DNA from: Octopus vulgaris
Taxonomy: Eukaryota
DNA length: 64,000 nt
Assembly: GCA_951406725.2 (NCBI GenBank)
Contig: OX597814.1
Span: 26,908,001 to 26,972,000, forward strand
Direction of reading: 5' to 3'
Shown here: one piece after another, positions 24,076 to 38,400 of the stretch
Numbering within the stretch: the first letter of the stretch is position 1
Layout of the letters: each line of letters opens with the position of its first letter
The notes under the pieces: generated by a model
Told to the model about the DNA's origin: nothing
Database searches by the model: none
The model's input: the letters and a program-made list of their open reading frames with translations, nothing else
Position numbers and translations under genes: made by a program

Positions 24076-27000
24076 GCATGTGTGAAAGTAGTTTTGTGGT
24101 TCTGTAATTATTGTGTGAATGCACACATACATACATTGCATACATATATATATACACACACACAATATACTTTCACAAATAAGTATTTTAATATTTTAAG
24201 ATGTTAACATGGCTTAGTGGTAAGCTGTCAAATTCCATTACTGATTGATTCAATCTGTGATGCAATTTAATTTTCCTAGTCTGCCAGATATAATTAGGGG
24301 AAATTTTTCCCATAGAGAAATAATAGTGATGGTAATGATAATGAAAATAAGAAAAATATAACAACAGCTTCAAGATCAACAACAGTATTGGAAATAACTG
24401 TAGGCTGTAAGGGTCTGAATAATGGCCTTCAATTTTGCTGTGTCAACTGGATTTCTGAAAGCGACCTAATTCTTTATATCTCATATAATCTTCTAACTGG
24501 AGCAAGCTGGTTATGAGTGGCATATAAACAAGTTACCCAACTGGACAGGATATAGCTGAATTAGTTAAGCAAATGTGGAAGACTAACTTGACATTGATAG
24601 ATCAAAGAAAAAATTGGCCAGATGCTCAAAATTACCACAGCATGCTTCTTTCTTCATATGTAGTGATTATGTATGTGCACGAGTGTGTGTGAATGTGTGT
24701 AGAAGTACACATATATACATGCATCCTATGCTCTAATAAGATAAACACATCCATATGCAATTAAATTGAATTTGTCTATAGCCAACAGACAGGCAGATGG
24801 ACACAGGCTCCATACACGCATGCACATTTTAATAAATGATCATACATATTTATATATGTATATGAGTGGGGAGAGAGAGAGAGCAAGAGAGAGAGAGAGG
24901 GCAAGTGAGAGAGAGAGACCAAGAGAGAGAGGAAGGTGCAGGAGTTCACTTCTTAGCCGCATATAGTTTTGGGTTCAGTTCTACAGAACTGCACCTTGGT
25001 CCAGTGCTGTCTACTATAGCTTTGGGCCAACTAATGTCTTCTGGGTGAATTTAGAACTGTTTATAAACCCATGATGTATGAGTGTGCATGTGTATGTGCA
25101 CACGTGTATGTGTGTGTATGTGTGTATACCATCATCATTATTATACATCAATTTTGTATACTGACATAGGTTAGACAGCTCAACAGGATCAGATAGGTTG
25201 GAAGACTACATAATGCTTTAATGATGTCTGTTTGGACATGATTTCTATAGCTGAATACCTTTCCTAATATCAGCCACTTTACAGAGTATACTAGGTACTT
25301 TTAACAACACAAACACTAGGTTATTTTGTCTTTAGCAAGACTAAAGAGCCTTCTCAGTTCTGCATTGTTGCAATTTGATTTGATTTACTAATCACTTAGA
25401 AATTATACTGTGTACTTTTTATGTGGTATCAGCACCACTGGGATTACCTTGTAGTTCACACGGTTAAAGGAAGCTCCCCTGATTGAAAAAGTAGGTATTA
25501 AAGTATGATTGAAGAAATAGACCATAGTTGTGAGAAAATAATATTAAAGAGCAAAATGAAGGGAACATTGTTGGCTGAAATAATAGCAGAGACAAAGGGA
25601 AAGAGAAGAGTAATACTGGTGTGATTGATATGAAAAGTTGGTGAACAAAGTGAGAATCTTGATGGCATGGGTTAAGTAGGGGTAACAAATGATGAGATAG
25701 GTCATGGAAATGGATTCATATATATATTTTACATTTGCTTTCCATACCTACATAGGTTAGATGGTTTGTCAGGATCTGAGTCACTTCTTATTGGAACTAC
25801 ACAAGCTTATAAAAGTTATATATTTTGTAAGTATGTTTGCATGTGCATATAACTTTATGAATGTTTACAAGCTGCACCTTGCTTGAAAAATGCTGTACTA
25901 TAGGTGGTGAGGTTTTTAACATTCTCTATCAAAAAATCATCTGCTACTTATACTTCAGTACTTTCAAAGACGAGTGTAATGAAAGATCCCTCACTTGAAA
26001 AACAGCTAAGAGTTAGGGATATGAAAGAGGCCTAGCTATAAAACAATACTTCAGTAATATGTGTTTATCTTAGTCATGTTAGCATGCAAAAATGGATGCA
26101 AAATGAACAAATGAATGAATGCATGTATGTATGTATGTATGTATTTATGTATGTATGTATGTATGTATGTATGCATGCATGCATTTGTGTGTGTATGTGT
26201 CTGTGTGTTGTGTGTGTGTGTGAATGTATACACAAAATATATACAAGCAAGCGAAAGTGTATGCAAAAATGATGATAGTGAAATCAGTGACACTGATGAT
26301 GATGATGCTCTTGATAGTGGTGGTGTGGGGATGTTATGGTTGTGGGGGGTTGTTATTGTGGTGGTGGGGGGTGTTATGGTGGTCGTGGTGGTGGTGATGG
26401 TGGCATGCACCCTCATGAACACATATATATTCACAAATGATTATGCATGCAAGTACAATTTATTCCTTCACACACACACATGCTCTGTGTATGTATATGT
26501 GTGTGGTAAGATGAACATACAAAAAGACAGTAAGGTTTAGTCATTCACCATGCTAGCAGAAACCATCAATTAATATAGATGCCATTATTTTCCACTAACC
26601 ATGTATAATAGCCAACAATTTTGACCATTCATGTTGAAAGATATCATTTTCAATAAGCCACTCCATGCCAATTGATTTCTAGCAGAACAATTCTTCTCAA
26701 ATTTTGCAATTATTCAGCTTAGTTAAGACAAGCAGAAGATCTGAATACAAGTTCCATATTTTCTGTCTCATCAAGTAATCGAGAATAAATAAGTAAATAA
26801 ATATATACATGTATATAGATACACACACACACACACACACACAATGACACACATATAGTCAGATGATGAAATTAAGGAAGCAGAAAAGATAATCTTTAAA
26901 GGTTAAAATAAGAAATAAACAAAGAAATAGAAATGCTAATTGGGCCTGAGTCTCCATGGTGTAATTATTTTGTGTGACATGACAGATCCATGTTAAGGCA

Positions 27001-29549
27001 AGGCCATTAATATCTTCTATTTTTTTTAATTTGGGCTTGCATGATTATGATAGTAAAGTGCTTTCTAAAGTACATTCTTGTTAGAGAAGGTGCCAATTTG
27101 GTACAGATAATGGCTACTTGATGAATGATGAAGGTGATAACATCTTTGACAGTGAAAGTAATTGTAGCTGGCCACTACGTTATTAACTAGAACTATCATA
27201 TAATTGACAAGGTTAGAGACTTGTAGGTAATGTACTTCAAGCTCTGGACAGTGAGTAAGGTGGTCACCATAAACTACTCTCTAATGTGGCTTTCAAATCG
27301 TGTTTGCACTAATAATAAACACAAATGAAAGCTTACCAAAGTTCTTGTCTTGCTGTCCTTTATATTTTCTGTTCTTGACAGGGGTTGTCTCAGATTTTTG
27401 TTGTTTTTTGTTGGGTTTTTTTTTGCATCGGATCGGTAAAAGAAAAATATTAAAAAATAATGAGAGAAGAAGTAAGTGAAAAATATAGCTATTTTAAGTT
27501 GCAGTGATTACTTTACATTTTATTGGGTAACACATTAAACTGTCTGAGTCAATTGAAGCACTGAAATTCCAAGAAATCTGTGTAAGAAAAGTGTCTAGGA
27601 AAAATCAATGTCAAATTATAATAACAAATTTTCTTATCGTGTATAATTCAACTTTCTTATAGATCTTTGGTTTTCATTTTTACATTTCAGTGGTCATAAA
27701 CAGTCTAGGTAGAAGCTATATATTTGTCTGTCAAAACCAAACTCTAATAACTATTCTACAATTCTTCATTTTCCCTAAGGATTAGAAGTAGTTCGTTGAT
27801 AAGTGAAGAGTTTAAGATGCTTGTTTGTAATCCCTGATCTAATTCTGATAGCAAAGCAAATTCCTTGAAACAATTATTACATTAATGTGAAATCTCTGAA
27901 ACTTTTCTACACCTCATACATATTGATGCTGCTGACAAGTAGTAGAAACATCATTGTTATCATTACTTTATCCATGTTTCTATGCTATCATCAATTGTGC
28001 AGGCCACTAACATTGCATATCTTCATTCCTTAGATTGTTACCAACCTCAGCTATGAAGCATTAACTTGTCTTACTTAATACTGAGATAAGTAACTCAGAT
28101 ATTAATGATTATTGGTTGAGTGAAACTCTGTGGATTGCTTAAAAACACTTTACACTACATGCTTGACCATTTATTCATGATACTACAATCTTCTTACCAT
28201 CTTTAAAATAGGTCTAAAATTACAATTCTAAATTTTTGAACAAATTTTCCAAAGTTCTTTATTTGATATCTCCATGCATACAATTGTGGAAAGAAAACCT
28301 TAAGACTATTCCACTAATGCTAGATGTGAAAATGAAACCAGTAGAAAATTTGTCTCAGGGCTTGGTGTCCATATGACTTGAGAAGATGTGTCTTCATCAA
28401 TATTACACTGGATTTCAACTAACCAGAGACACCAAAGTAAAATGAGACACAATATAGAATTCTGTTTCTGTAACTTTGGAACAGTCCAAACCATGATCCT
28501 CTTCTGTTTGCTCATTATTGATTCAACTTGTTTTGATTTGAACTAAGAATGGAAGGTACTGGAAATGCCACTCAAACAATTCTGCCTATCCTCTGCCCTA
28601 ATAATAACAATACTGTGATTGCAAGCCACAGTTAATACTATTGGTTTGTTCTTTTATTCATTCTGGAATGAAGAAATCTTGAATTTAGTTTGGAATATGT
28701 TTTGACTTAGAATTTTAGATAACTGATAAGATCATCTATTAAGCAATTTGATCTGGTGCTGAATTTTACAGCAATCATTCAGTCATCCAATTTAATGGAA
28801 AAAGCATTATTCCAGCCAGTTTGGTTTGAAGCTAATAAATCCAATATAGAAAAGTAAGAGAAAAAAAATTAAAACCATTTACAAAATATGGAGAGGAAAT
28901 AATTCTACTTTGTTTTATTTTCATTTAATATGTTTATCAGGGCAAGAATAGCTGGAACAAATCTGCTGATCTAGACAGCAGCAAATTGGTAGTCATTAAA
29001 ACATTGGCATTTGTCCCATCTGTCTGAACCCTGAGTTCAAATCCCACTAAAATCAATTTTGCTTTTCATCCTTTCAAAGTCAGTAAAAAGCACCATTCCA
29101 GAGTGGTGAATTGACAGAACTGTTAAAGAATTGAGAAAGTTGCTTTGTGGTATCTGTTTCAGTTCTTTGCATTCTGACAGCAGTTCCTACCACAATACTG
29201 GTATCAAACTGTATCACCCCAAATTAACAGCCTTACACTTGAATAAATATTTGTGGTTTGCAGGAACAGCTGGCTGACTTACAATCCTTGCCTGACCTGT
29301 GCATACTTGTGGAGTCACATAGTCAGCTCTGACCAATGGAGGCCCTGTATTTATGGCAATTACATATTTTACTATTGCTAGATGTCTTTCTGGAGTCAGG
29401 TACCTTAATACATAAGAACACTTATTTACCAGCCTGTTTGATACATTGTCTTTTCAATTACTTTGTCTTTTGTCTTTTTTTTTTGTTCATTTACTTTAAT
29501 TTTTGATTTTGTATTTTCTAATGAAATGTTAATTGTATTTCTATTTCAG

Positions 29550-29923
29550 GTGTTCCTGACCCACCTGTGGATGTAAAATTTGTGACCTGTCCCAGTGGCA
29601 GAGCTGAAATTTCTTGGAGTCCTGGCAATGATAATGGCTTTCGCATTTCAGCATATTTCATTCAATATAATTCTTCCCATAATCCTTCACTTTGGCGTAC
29701 CTATGAAGAACCAATCAAACCAGCTTTGAATAATTATTATATGGATTTGCGTCCATGGGGAAAATATTCTATACGCATGCTAGCTGAGAATAAACTTGGT
29801 CTTTCAAAACCTAGTTTACCTACAAAGAAAACATGCTCAGCACCATCAAAACATCCCGATAGAAATCCTAAAGAAGTTTGGACAAGAACAGACCAAACAG
29901 GAAAACTAATTATTCAGTGGACA
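29550..29923 (+). CDS. Nrg: Internal exon of a neuroglian/L1CAM-family cell adhesion molecule (FN3 domain 1 and start of FN3 domain 2)
   Basis: Polypyrimidine tract and acceptor ttctatttcAG| (AG 29548-29549); donor ACA|GTAAGT (29924); phase 1 to phase 0. Translation: xVPDPPVDVKFVTCPSGRAEISWSPGNDNGFRISAYFIQYNSSHNPSLW...LRPWGKYSIRMLAENKLGLSKPS...TCSAPSKHPDRNPKEVWTRTDQTGKLIIQWT. This matches the invertebrate neuroglian FN3-1 pattern (VP..P....TC...AEI.W...DN..I..Y.IQ.N.S..P..W...PW..Y..R..A.NK.G.S.PS.....C.....P..NP..V.......L.I.WT), including the two cysteines. Family is secure; exact orthology is not. Confidence 0.92.
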
Positions 29924-30094
29924 GTAAGTAAAATAATTATTACCATTATTTTTTTTTTAACATAAAGCTAACATAAATTTGATACAAAAAATTATGGTCC
30001 ACAAAGAAAGCATAAAGTTGTTTTTTCAGTTTTCTTAATCCTTCAATCTAGATATATCAAATTGTTGAAGAAGCTTTACACTGGAGATTTTTTC

Positions 30095-30420
30095 TCATTC
30101 TTTTACTTGTTTCAGTCAATAGACTGTGGCTATACTGGGGCACTGCTTTGAAAGGGATTTTTAAAATCATTCTAATCAACTCCAGTACTCCTTTTTAATC
30201 AAGTACTTATTCTATCATTCTCTTTTTTCTCGAACTACTAAACTGGAAGACAAACCTATACCAGTTAGCAACCAATGAGAGGGGATCATAAACACACACA
30301 CACAATGGACAGCTTTTGACAAACAAATTTTTTCACAGATTATTGGTTAGCCTTGGACAACATTCTGTTGGGCACCTTACCCAATGTACCATGCTGTAAG
30401 ACTGAATCTAATACCAGATG
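30095..30420 (-). mobile_element. Diverged tRNA-derived SINE (family of 51133-51537)
   Basis: tcttttacttgtttcagtcaatagactgtggctatactggggcactgc...agtacttattctatc... matches the reverse-complemented family body. Confidence 0.7.
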
Positions 30421-30511
30421 TGTATATGTCCCCCCCCCCAAAAAAAAAATACCTTTCGACTTTCTATTTTGCAACTACATTTCGCTGAACTGGTATTGAT
30501 GTAGTCTATAC

Positions 30512-30801
30512 CAGTGGTTCCCAGCCAATTATTCATAACCTTATATGTAAAATCTCATACTTTTGACGATATTTGATAGAATGTAAAATGTTTATGAATC
30601 TGTTATACATTAAAATATAGAACATCCAACACAACAATTAATGCTAACAAAAACTAAAATTATTTCTCCAAGTTTGAAATTTTCATTTTATTAAATTTCT
30701 GAAAAACTGATTTAATTTAAAGATTTAAAAAAGGAGCAGGGTCATGAAAAATTATTCATTTGCGAAAATGAATCATGATAATAAAAGGTTGAGAACTGAT
30801 G
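30512..30801. mobile_element. hAT/Charlie-type MITE (degenerate)
   Basis: Termini CAGTGGTTCCCAGCC...GGTTGAGAACTGATG resemble the CAGTGGTTC(C/T)CAACC TIR. Flanks gtctatac/atgtagat loosely fit an 8-bp nTCTAGAn-type target. Confidence 0.55.
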
Positions 30802-31389
30802 ATGTAGATATTTATGATTAAATAAATTTCACATACACAGGAATTGAAAATGATGCTTTTCATTCCTTTACTATTGACTGAACGTATAAACATTTAAGAG
30901 AGAAAAAAAAATATTAATAGTACTAGATCCACTTAGTTGTCATAATCTTCTAACTCCAGAGGATATGAAAAACCCTTTCATTGTCCTTTATCTTCTTCTA
31001 ACTTAGCTTTAAACTCATGACTTTCCAGATGTTAGTGTAGCAGCTTAATAAGACTGATAGTGAAATATTGGTTTTTAAGCCATTCCCCTACACTTTTATA
31101 ATGTTTTCTTAAAAAGATCATTTTGTTCCATGTCATACTCTCTCCATTTATGTCAAGGAAACAGTAATATGAAACATTGCAAAATAAATTTCAACATATA
31201 TATATTCATAATAGAATCTATGTAAGTTTGAATTATGGTAGACCTGCCAGTTACTTTGAGTTTAATAATATTCAAATAATATACATACAAGAATGCTCAG
31301 GAACACTTTTGAAATATCTTTTTAATGAGTAAACTAAGCATAATAAAAAATAATCAAATGTTAAAGATATCGACTTTTCTTATATTTAG

Positions 31390-31423
<34 letters not shown>

Positions 31424-32649
31424 GATAACTAAATAGATAAATTATTGAAAATGTTAAAATTATTGGGAATAATATAAATTATATAGAGTTTACAGAAGAA
31501 ATGATTAGAGGGAATAGATTTTGTTAAAAGTACACAATCTACACAAACAGAAAAATATTAACTAATATTACTATAGAATAGTAAAGACTAATTTGGTAAT
31601 TGAGTTTGTCCACGTGTGACCAATTTTACATCGTTTTTGACTTGTTTATGACCAATATGATCTGAGTGGTCATGGTTGGATAAATTTTTCATTGTTACTT
31701 AAATCCTAACTCCTTATTAGATAGAGTCAATAAATCACATTAAATGTTCATCAATAGAAGACAATGAATGAACATTTTTGCTCTGAACATGTCAGAAATA
31801 AATCTTCATGGCTATGAAATAAATGACACTGTGGCTGACCTTATTCCAGTTGCTCAAACTTCTTGAGAAGAGGTTACAAGTATATGTAATTTATACATAG
31901 AAGGATGTGCCTATTTGTATAAATAAGGAACAAAGAAACACAGCAAAAAATCTACTGTTTAGTTGTTGAACAGCATATTTCAGCTTTCACTTGGGTTTCC
32001 AAAAACCCAAACAATGAGGGTATTACATATATGACTAAAAATAAATTTAAATTTGGGAAATTCCATGTTAATGATGCATAGTTTAGGAATTTCAACAAAT
32101 ACTATAATATGATATGACTAATATGATAAAGTGAAATAAGTTAATAGATGATAGTAAGTTAATACTTGAGTGAAAATTTCCTAGTAGTTTATAATTATTT
32201 TGAATTCAGCTAACATGTTTAAGAAGTTTAAACAAAAGAGTGTTATTTGAAGAAAAATTCAGTATGGTATATAGATGTAATCTTGAAAATCTGTGTAATT
32301 TGGGATTGCATTTCATAAATTTATTCATTCATTTCAAATATACTTATGAAATTCACATATTAATGTGTCTAGACTTGATAGTATGAAATGGGGCAAGTTA
32401 TTAAGCTTAAAACAGTCTGATCTCATAACTACTTCAACTTGCTTTTGCAAGCATAATATCAATTATTTTTATTGAAATGTAAAATTTCTATTGATAGTAG
32501 TTTTTAATTAGATGGATTCAAATTCTAAATATCAATTCTTTTAGGTGAATGTTGCCCAAAATAAAAGGAAATTGTAACTCTTTCTCCTCCTCAAACTACG
32601 ATTACTTTGTGTTATTGTTGCTTACTCTTTTTTGTTATTGATGGTTTAA

Positions 32650-33090
32650 ATGCACATACTTAAAAAAGCAAAGACAGCATCTCAAAGACTAGATTTCCTC
32701 TTCAGATCCAGAAAATACTTCAGTGTTCAAACAAATACTAATCTTTTTCAAGCTCAGGTAAAATTTACAATTGAGTACTACCCCTGCATTTGGACTGATG
32801 CTGCTGCTGTACACACAGACATCCTAGCTTGCATCCAAAGAAATACTTCTTTATTAACTAGCATGAAGGCACTCACCAACATACTCTGACCCACAAACAT
32901 TCTGTTCCCTTTCTCGCACTTTTCTACTGGTACTAAGATTCTCTCTACATCTTTTAGATGATTTTCTAGGACCCACACTAAACACTACTCCCAGTCCTTC
33001 CTCCCCAGTGTTTCAACTCCCTGGGAATTCTTCCCAGCACATTTTCCTTTCATCTATCAACTTACAATTGTTCTAGATGAAATGTTACTG
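32650..33090 (+). mobile_element. LINE (L2/Jockey-group) RT C-terminal remnant
   Basis: 'HILKKAKTASQRLDFLFRSRKYF...LFQAQVKFTIEYYPCIWTDAAAVHTDILACIQR' fits the 'HI..IAK.AS..LG.LFR...LYKAQ.RP..EYC..IW......LD.IQ.RA' thumb region. Confidence 0.7.
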
Positions 33091-33296
33091 GAGAGCATTC
33101 AAAGACCAAAAGCGCCGCTACTACCTTCAATCTAACTATTAAATCTACTAAAACAAATATTACTTCTAGTCCTGCAAATTTATCTCTACTATAACATATA
33201 TCTATCTCAGCTCCCACCAACTTAACTCTATGCAACTATTTTATAGAATTATGATTTACACCAAATAACAGTTTATATATTTACTAAAACACCTTA

Positions 33297-33498
33297 GTTA
33301 AAACATCTTAGTGCCAAGGACAAGCAAGATAATTCACCCTCAATCCCATTTGAGAGTGGTGGACATCGATGTTTGCCATTTTTGTGGCATATCAACACTA
33401 CCTACCAGCCTAGGTTGGCAAAACATCGATGTCTATCACTCGCATATGGAATTGAAGGTGAGTTATCTTGCCTGTCCATGGCTCTAAGGTGTTTTAAC
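33297..33498. mobile_element. MITE-like inverted repeat (~82-bp arms, ~37-nt spacer)
   Basis: 33297-33378 (gttaaaacatcttagtgccaaggacaagcaagataattcacc...gacatcgatgtttgcca) is complementary to 33416-33498 (tggcaaaacatcgatgtc...ggtgagttatcttgcctgtccatggctctaaggtgttttaac). Confidence 0.8.
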
Positions 33499-33587
33499 AC
33501 TGACGACATGAGAGTTATATACTCCACTATGCCATTGCAGCCACCAAAAAATACACAAAGCATATACATTAGTATATGTATTCAACA

Positions 33588-33626
<39 letters not shown>

Positions 33627-35334
33627 GTATGGATGTATATACATGTATGTATGTATATATTCTCATAACTGAATAACAAGATATTAATTCTATGTGTTTA
33701 AGATAAATATATTGGGTTGTTGATTAAGGGGTTTCAAAATCTAATAAATTTTCTAAAATACCAGTTTCTAATGAAATACCAAATTTTCCATGATTCTGCT
33801 AGTTATGCTGGCTGAATCTAAGTTTAAATTCACCATATACTAAGTGACTCTTAAACTGAATATTCATTCTAATAGAATTACATACATAGGCTTAACTACT
33901 AAAACAGTTAAACTTACATTCAACCAACATAACTAAACTTTCTGATATAATTATAGAAAAGTTAGCACTTCATTAGAGACACATATTTGTGATTAAAAAA
34001 TATATCTTCTGATGCCTTTTAGATTCTGGCATAATTCTGAATAGCAACCTGGTTTCTTTTTGGTCTTTATATGCTTGAAAATATTTTTGCATTTATTCTT
34101 AAATAAACGTACAAGGTTGATTCCAAATGCTATCCTGAAGGTCATCAACATCATTTTTATTGACGAAAATGTTTTTACACTACTGTAGCTCTTAGCTGTA
34201 ATTACAGGATATTATGATATTAGGGCCATTTTATTTTCACTCTACACTCATAATTTCATAACACCTTTTTTACTTTCATTATACATAACCCAACACACAA
34301 AATTATTGTTATTTAGGAACTTCACTATTCTAAACAAATTGTAAGGAACTCTTACAAAATATTCAAAATTACACACACATGCGCACACACACACACGTGT
34401 GTTTGCACATTTATTAATATATATGTGTTTACCATACACAGTTGTTATGCTAACACCAATAAAAATAATACCAGGTAAAGACCTCAGTGCAAAGTGTATT
34501 CAACTGTACATATTTCTATATCATATGAAAATGCGACAGTTACTTAAGCTTCATTGAGTGCCACACCTACTCCTGACTGTAGTTTGAAACATTAAAGTTT
34601 TAGCTTATTTGAGAGAGATGAGGGAGTGGATAACTGCTCACACAGACTGCAAGAAGGTTCTAAGAATGATGGGTGTAGGAGTAAAAGAGATATAGCAGAA
34701 TGATAGGATGGGATAGGTTATAGTTGACCGACTGACTGAGAATGCAGATTTAAAGCAACTAGGAAAGATTCTAAAACAGATGTGTGCATGAGTGTAAATA
34801 GATGCCTGTGTCTGTGCAAGTGTGAGGATTTGTGTCTGTGTGTGAACGGTTGACTTGAAGAATCAGTCAACAAAAGGTGAAGAGAAATTGTCTTTAAAAA
34901 TTAATGTAAACAAGATAGGTTGATTGCTTCGATTGTATTTCACAGTTTAAGTTCTTGTTGTATTTTTTTAAAAAACAAAATGAGTAAAGGAAAGATTTTG
35001 CGTATTTTGCTGTGATAGGTAAGAAGTGAAATAGAGAAAGTTTAAAGAAGTTTATGTGAAGTGTATATGAAATTAATAATAGATATGCAAGATAAATAAA
35101 TAGATTCAGTGCATCACTGTAAGCAGTAGTAAAAATATATAATTGACATATGCTTTGTTATTAGAGAATGATAAGTTCAAATCCTAATAAAAGCATGGAC
35201 TTTTGATATTTCACTACACCATTTCAGTCCCATCACTATCATATAATAATGGTCTCAGTTTAGATGATATTGGTCTGGCATAAAGAGTTGATTACAGGCC
35301 ATATATTCTGGATAAATCAAACTGGTGATGTACC

Positions 35335-35336
<2 letters not shown>

Positions 35337-35426
<90 letters not shown>
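35337..35426. repeat. (CA)n-(CT)n compound microsatellite
   Basis: Directly visible. Confidence 0.95.
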
Positions 35427-35427
<1 letters not shown>

Positions 35428-38400
35428 ACTCTACTAAACTCAAGAGAAGATTTTTTATTTCAATATTTCATGCTGATCAAATGCCACCTGGGTCAACTTT
35501 GCCTTCCATCCTTTTGGGATCAATAAAATAAGTATCAGTTGAACACTAGGATCAATGTAATTAACTTATGCCTTCCTTCGAAATTGCTGGCCTTGTGCCA
35601 AAATTTGAAATCTATATTTCATGCTGATAAAGTACATATTAGTTGTATCATACTAACCATTACTTACAATGTTAAATTCATGTCTTGAAAATGCTGAGAA
35701 ATTAAAGTAGAAATCATAACTGTACAAGTTCATAGGTCTTGAATTAAAAATTGCAGCAGATAAGATTGTATATGCAAGTATATATGTGTACATATGTTTG
35801 AGTGGTGAGATATTTTACTTAATAAAATTCTTCTCAATACCTTTTGACTTAACTTTTCAGGAATAACTTACCAGATCTTTTGAAAATGTTACCTATAATA
35901 TTCTAGAACAAGGTTTCATCAATTGTCAACTTAACACAATAAAGCCAGAAAAAGGCATAAATGTTCACAAGCATGTCTGCATGGTTAAAGAGTTTACTTT
36001 ACATCACTGTTGTTCTGAGTTCTATCCAACTACATAACACCATGGCCCTATATCTTTTATGATAGCTTTAGATAGCTAAATTTGGTAAATGAAAACTATG
36101 CAGAAACTCCAGTCATATACATGCATGCATGGACATGTATTTTTCCAGAACATATATCAGTATTTCATAAAAACATTGGCAAGAAAACCTAAAATACCAG
36201 TACTTTACAAATGAAGACCCTAAAATATTTATTCTGCAGCGAGTTAGGTAGTCCTATATTGCTTTCAACATCAGAAATACAATGAACCATTGGTTGGTCT
36301 GTTGAGAACCTGCAGCCAATGGCATGTTTCATAAAGTTACATACTGAATATAAGTTAAAAGAAATTGAATGCTATGCCACACAACCCTGATAAATTTCAA
36401 TAGCCAGCACATAGCACAATGCTTCTCTCTCTCTCTCTCTCGCTCTCCATCTCTTTCTCTCTTGCTCTATCTATCTATCTATCTCTCTTCTGCTAGCTTC
36501 AGCTTCTCTAAACTGCAAAATCTGTATTCTACCCTGATTCAAATTTATTTGATAATACCATCTCGTTATTGTGCTTTTTACCTATGTTCCACTTTCCAAG
36601 CCCTGTAGTAAGTTTGTCATGTAATATTTCTTCCTCAAAACTGAAACCTTCTGGAACTCCTACACTTGATCCTTTCTTCCTTGCATCACCACACCAAATA
36701 AGATACCATCAACTAACTGAAGTTTATAATGAACATCAACTGCACTGACACCCCAAGTCTGAGAAGCCTGCAACCAAGGCTAAATGCACTGTCCCACTTC
36801 TCAAGACTAAATAATAAAATATCTCTTCTTTTTTTAATTAACTTTTGACACACCTGGAGGCAGTAACAATTCTATTTCTCTTTTTAGTCTGAGCTAAGTG
36901 GGCTGAGCTAGAAAAAGTTATGCATCTTGATGGAATACTTTAAGAAAGAAAAATGTGTGTGTATGTGTGTGTGTATGCACACGCATGTACCCTGTATATG
37001 TGTGTATGTATGTATAGAAATATAATATCAAAAGCAAAGTAAGGTTGGATTAAATCTAATCTGCAGCTTGGTTTGATGATAAATTAGTAAATGTATTAGG
37101 CAACTTCTATGTTATTAATAGGAAATATAATGTTCAGAAGAAATTTGAGATGTTCAACTTCCATATACAATAATGCACATACTGAAACATTCAAGAACAG
37201 ACAGATGAATACTCACATACACACACATACACAGTCATAAAGAACATGAAGAAAACGAGGAGAAAGAAGAAAACACAATAATAAAAATATGGTTGGACTT
37301 CGTTTTACTTCAAATGATGGAATTAAATGAGGCAGCTTAAAAGCAAATTCATTTTCTCTTTATCGCTGAGAGAAGAGAAGCCATAATAATATCTATGTTG
37401 TTGTTATTGTTGCTACTGTTTTAAGATGTGTCTGCTGTTACTGTTTCTGCTATGCCATAACTAGCTATATCACTGCCTCTGGGCAGTGAATGGTGTGGAT
37501 AAAATTACTTCATATTTAAGTATAATATATAGCAACACCAACTTGTTGTATCACAAGTAGCACAGCAACAATAAAAACAGCGAAAGCAGTCACACCAGCT
37601 ATATGTTTTACATTAATAGTTTTATCAATGTCATAACAACAAGATCTCCCACTAGAAAAATAAGCAAGCTAAAGCAAATAAAAATATAGCAGTTTATTAA
37701 TGGTACTTATTTTACTGAAACCTAGAAAATTGAGACAAAAATGTATTTCCAGAAGTTGTACTTAGAACTATAATATACCAAACCAAATACTACCCAAATA
37801 TATATTGTAGGTCAGAGGAAGTTACCGCATCAAAATTAATCCTCAATATACCCAGAAATAGACATTTCCCAACAACCACATCAGTCTCAGAAGCTCTTCA
37901 ACATGAACAATGTTAAGGTCAGCTATTGTTGCCTGAAAAGAATTACTTACCAAATCCCAAATCATAATCTAAGAAATGCATCCATTTATCCTTTTCCCAC
38001 AATCCAGCTTGCACTGACAGAAACATCCAAAATTGTTGTTTTAAAGGATGCTTCCTCTCTAAGACAGTATTCAGAGCAAGTATAACAGCAACCATAGAAT
38101 GAAGAATTCCATGGGACTTACAGAGAATACAATTAAAATATGACAAAGGCATCACACATCTTTGTGTGTGTGTGAATACTTGTGTCAGTACAAAAAGGAA
38201 TATAGGTACTATGAGACAGGAAATTCGAGTTGGAAAATTATGGATACAATGCCTCTGTAGACAAATGGGATCTAATAATGCATTGTATATCTCCAAAATA
38301 TCCACATACTAACACAGCATCACAGATCATTGACTAGATAGTCTCATATTTTATTCTACCACTGCTAACAAAAATTTTGCAAGTAATATTTCAGAGTTCA

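Noticed and set aside
29567-29965. Treating the 132-aa ORF as a complete gene
   Set aside because: The start is an internal GTG and the tail (VSKIIITIIFFLT) reads through the GTAAGT donor. The real unit is the exon 29550-29923.
37943-38305. 120-aa minus ORF ending at a GTAAGT donor-like site
   Set aside because: No recognisable domain and an ambiguous acceptor; cannot be supported as an exon.
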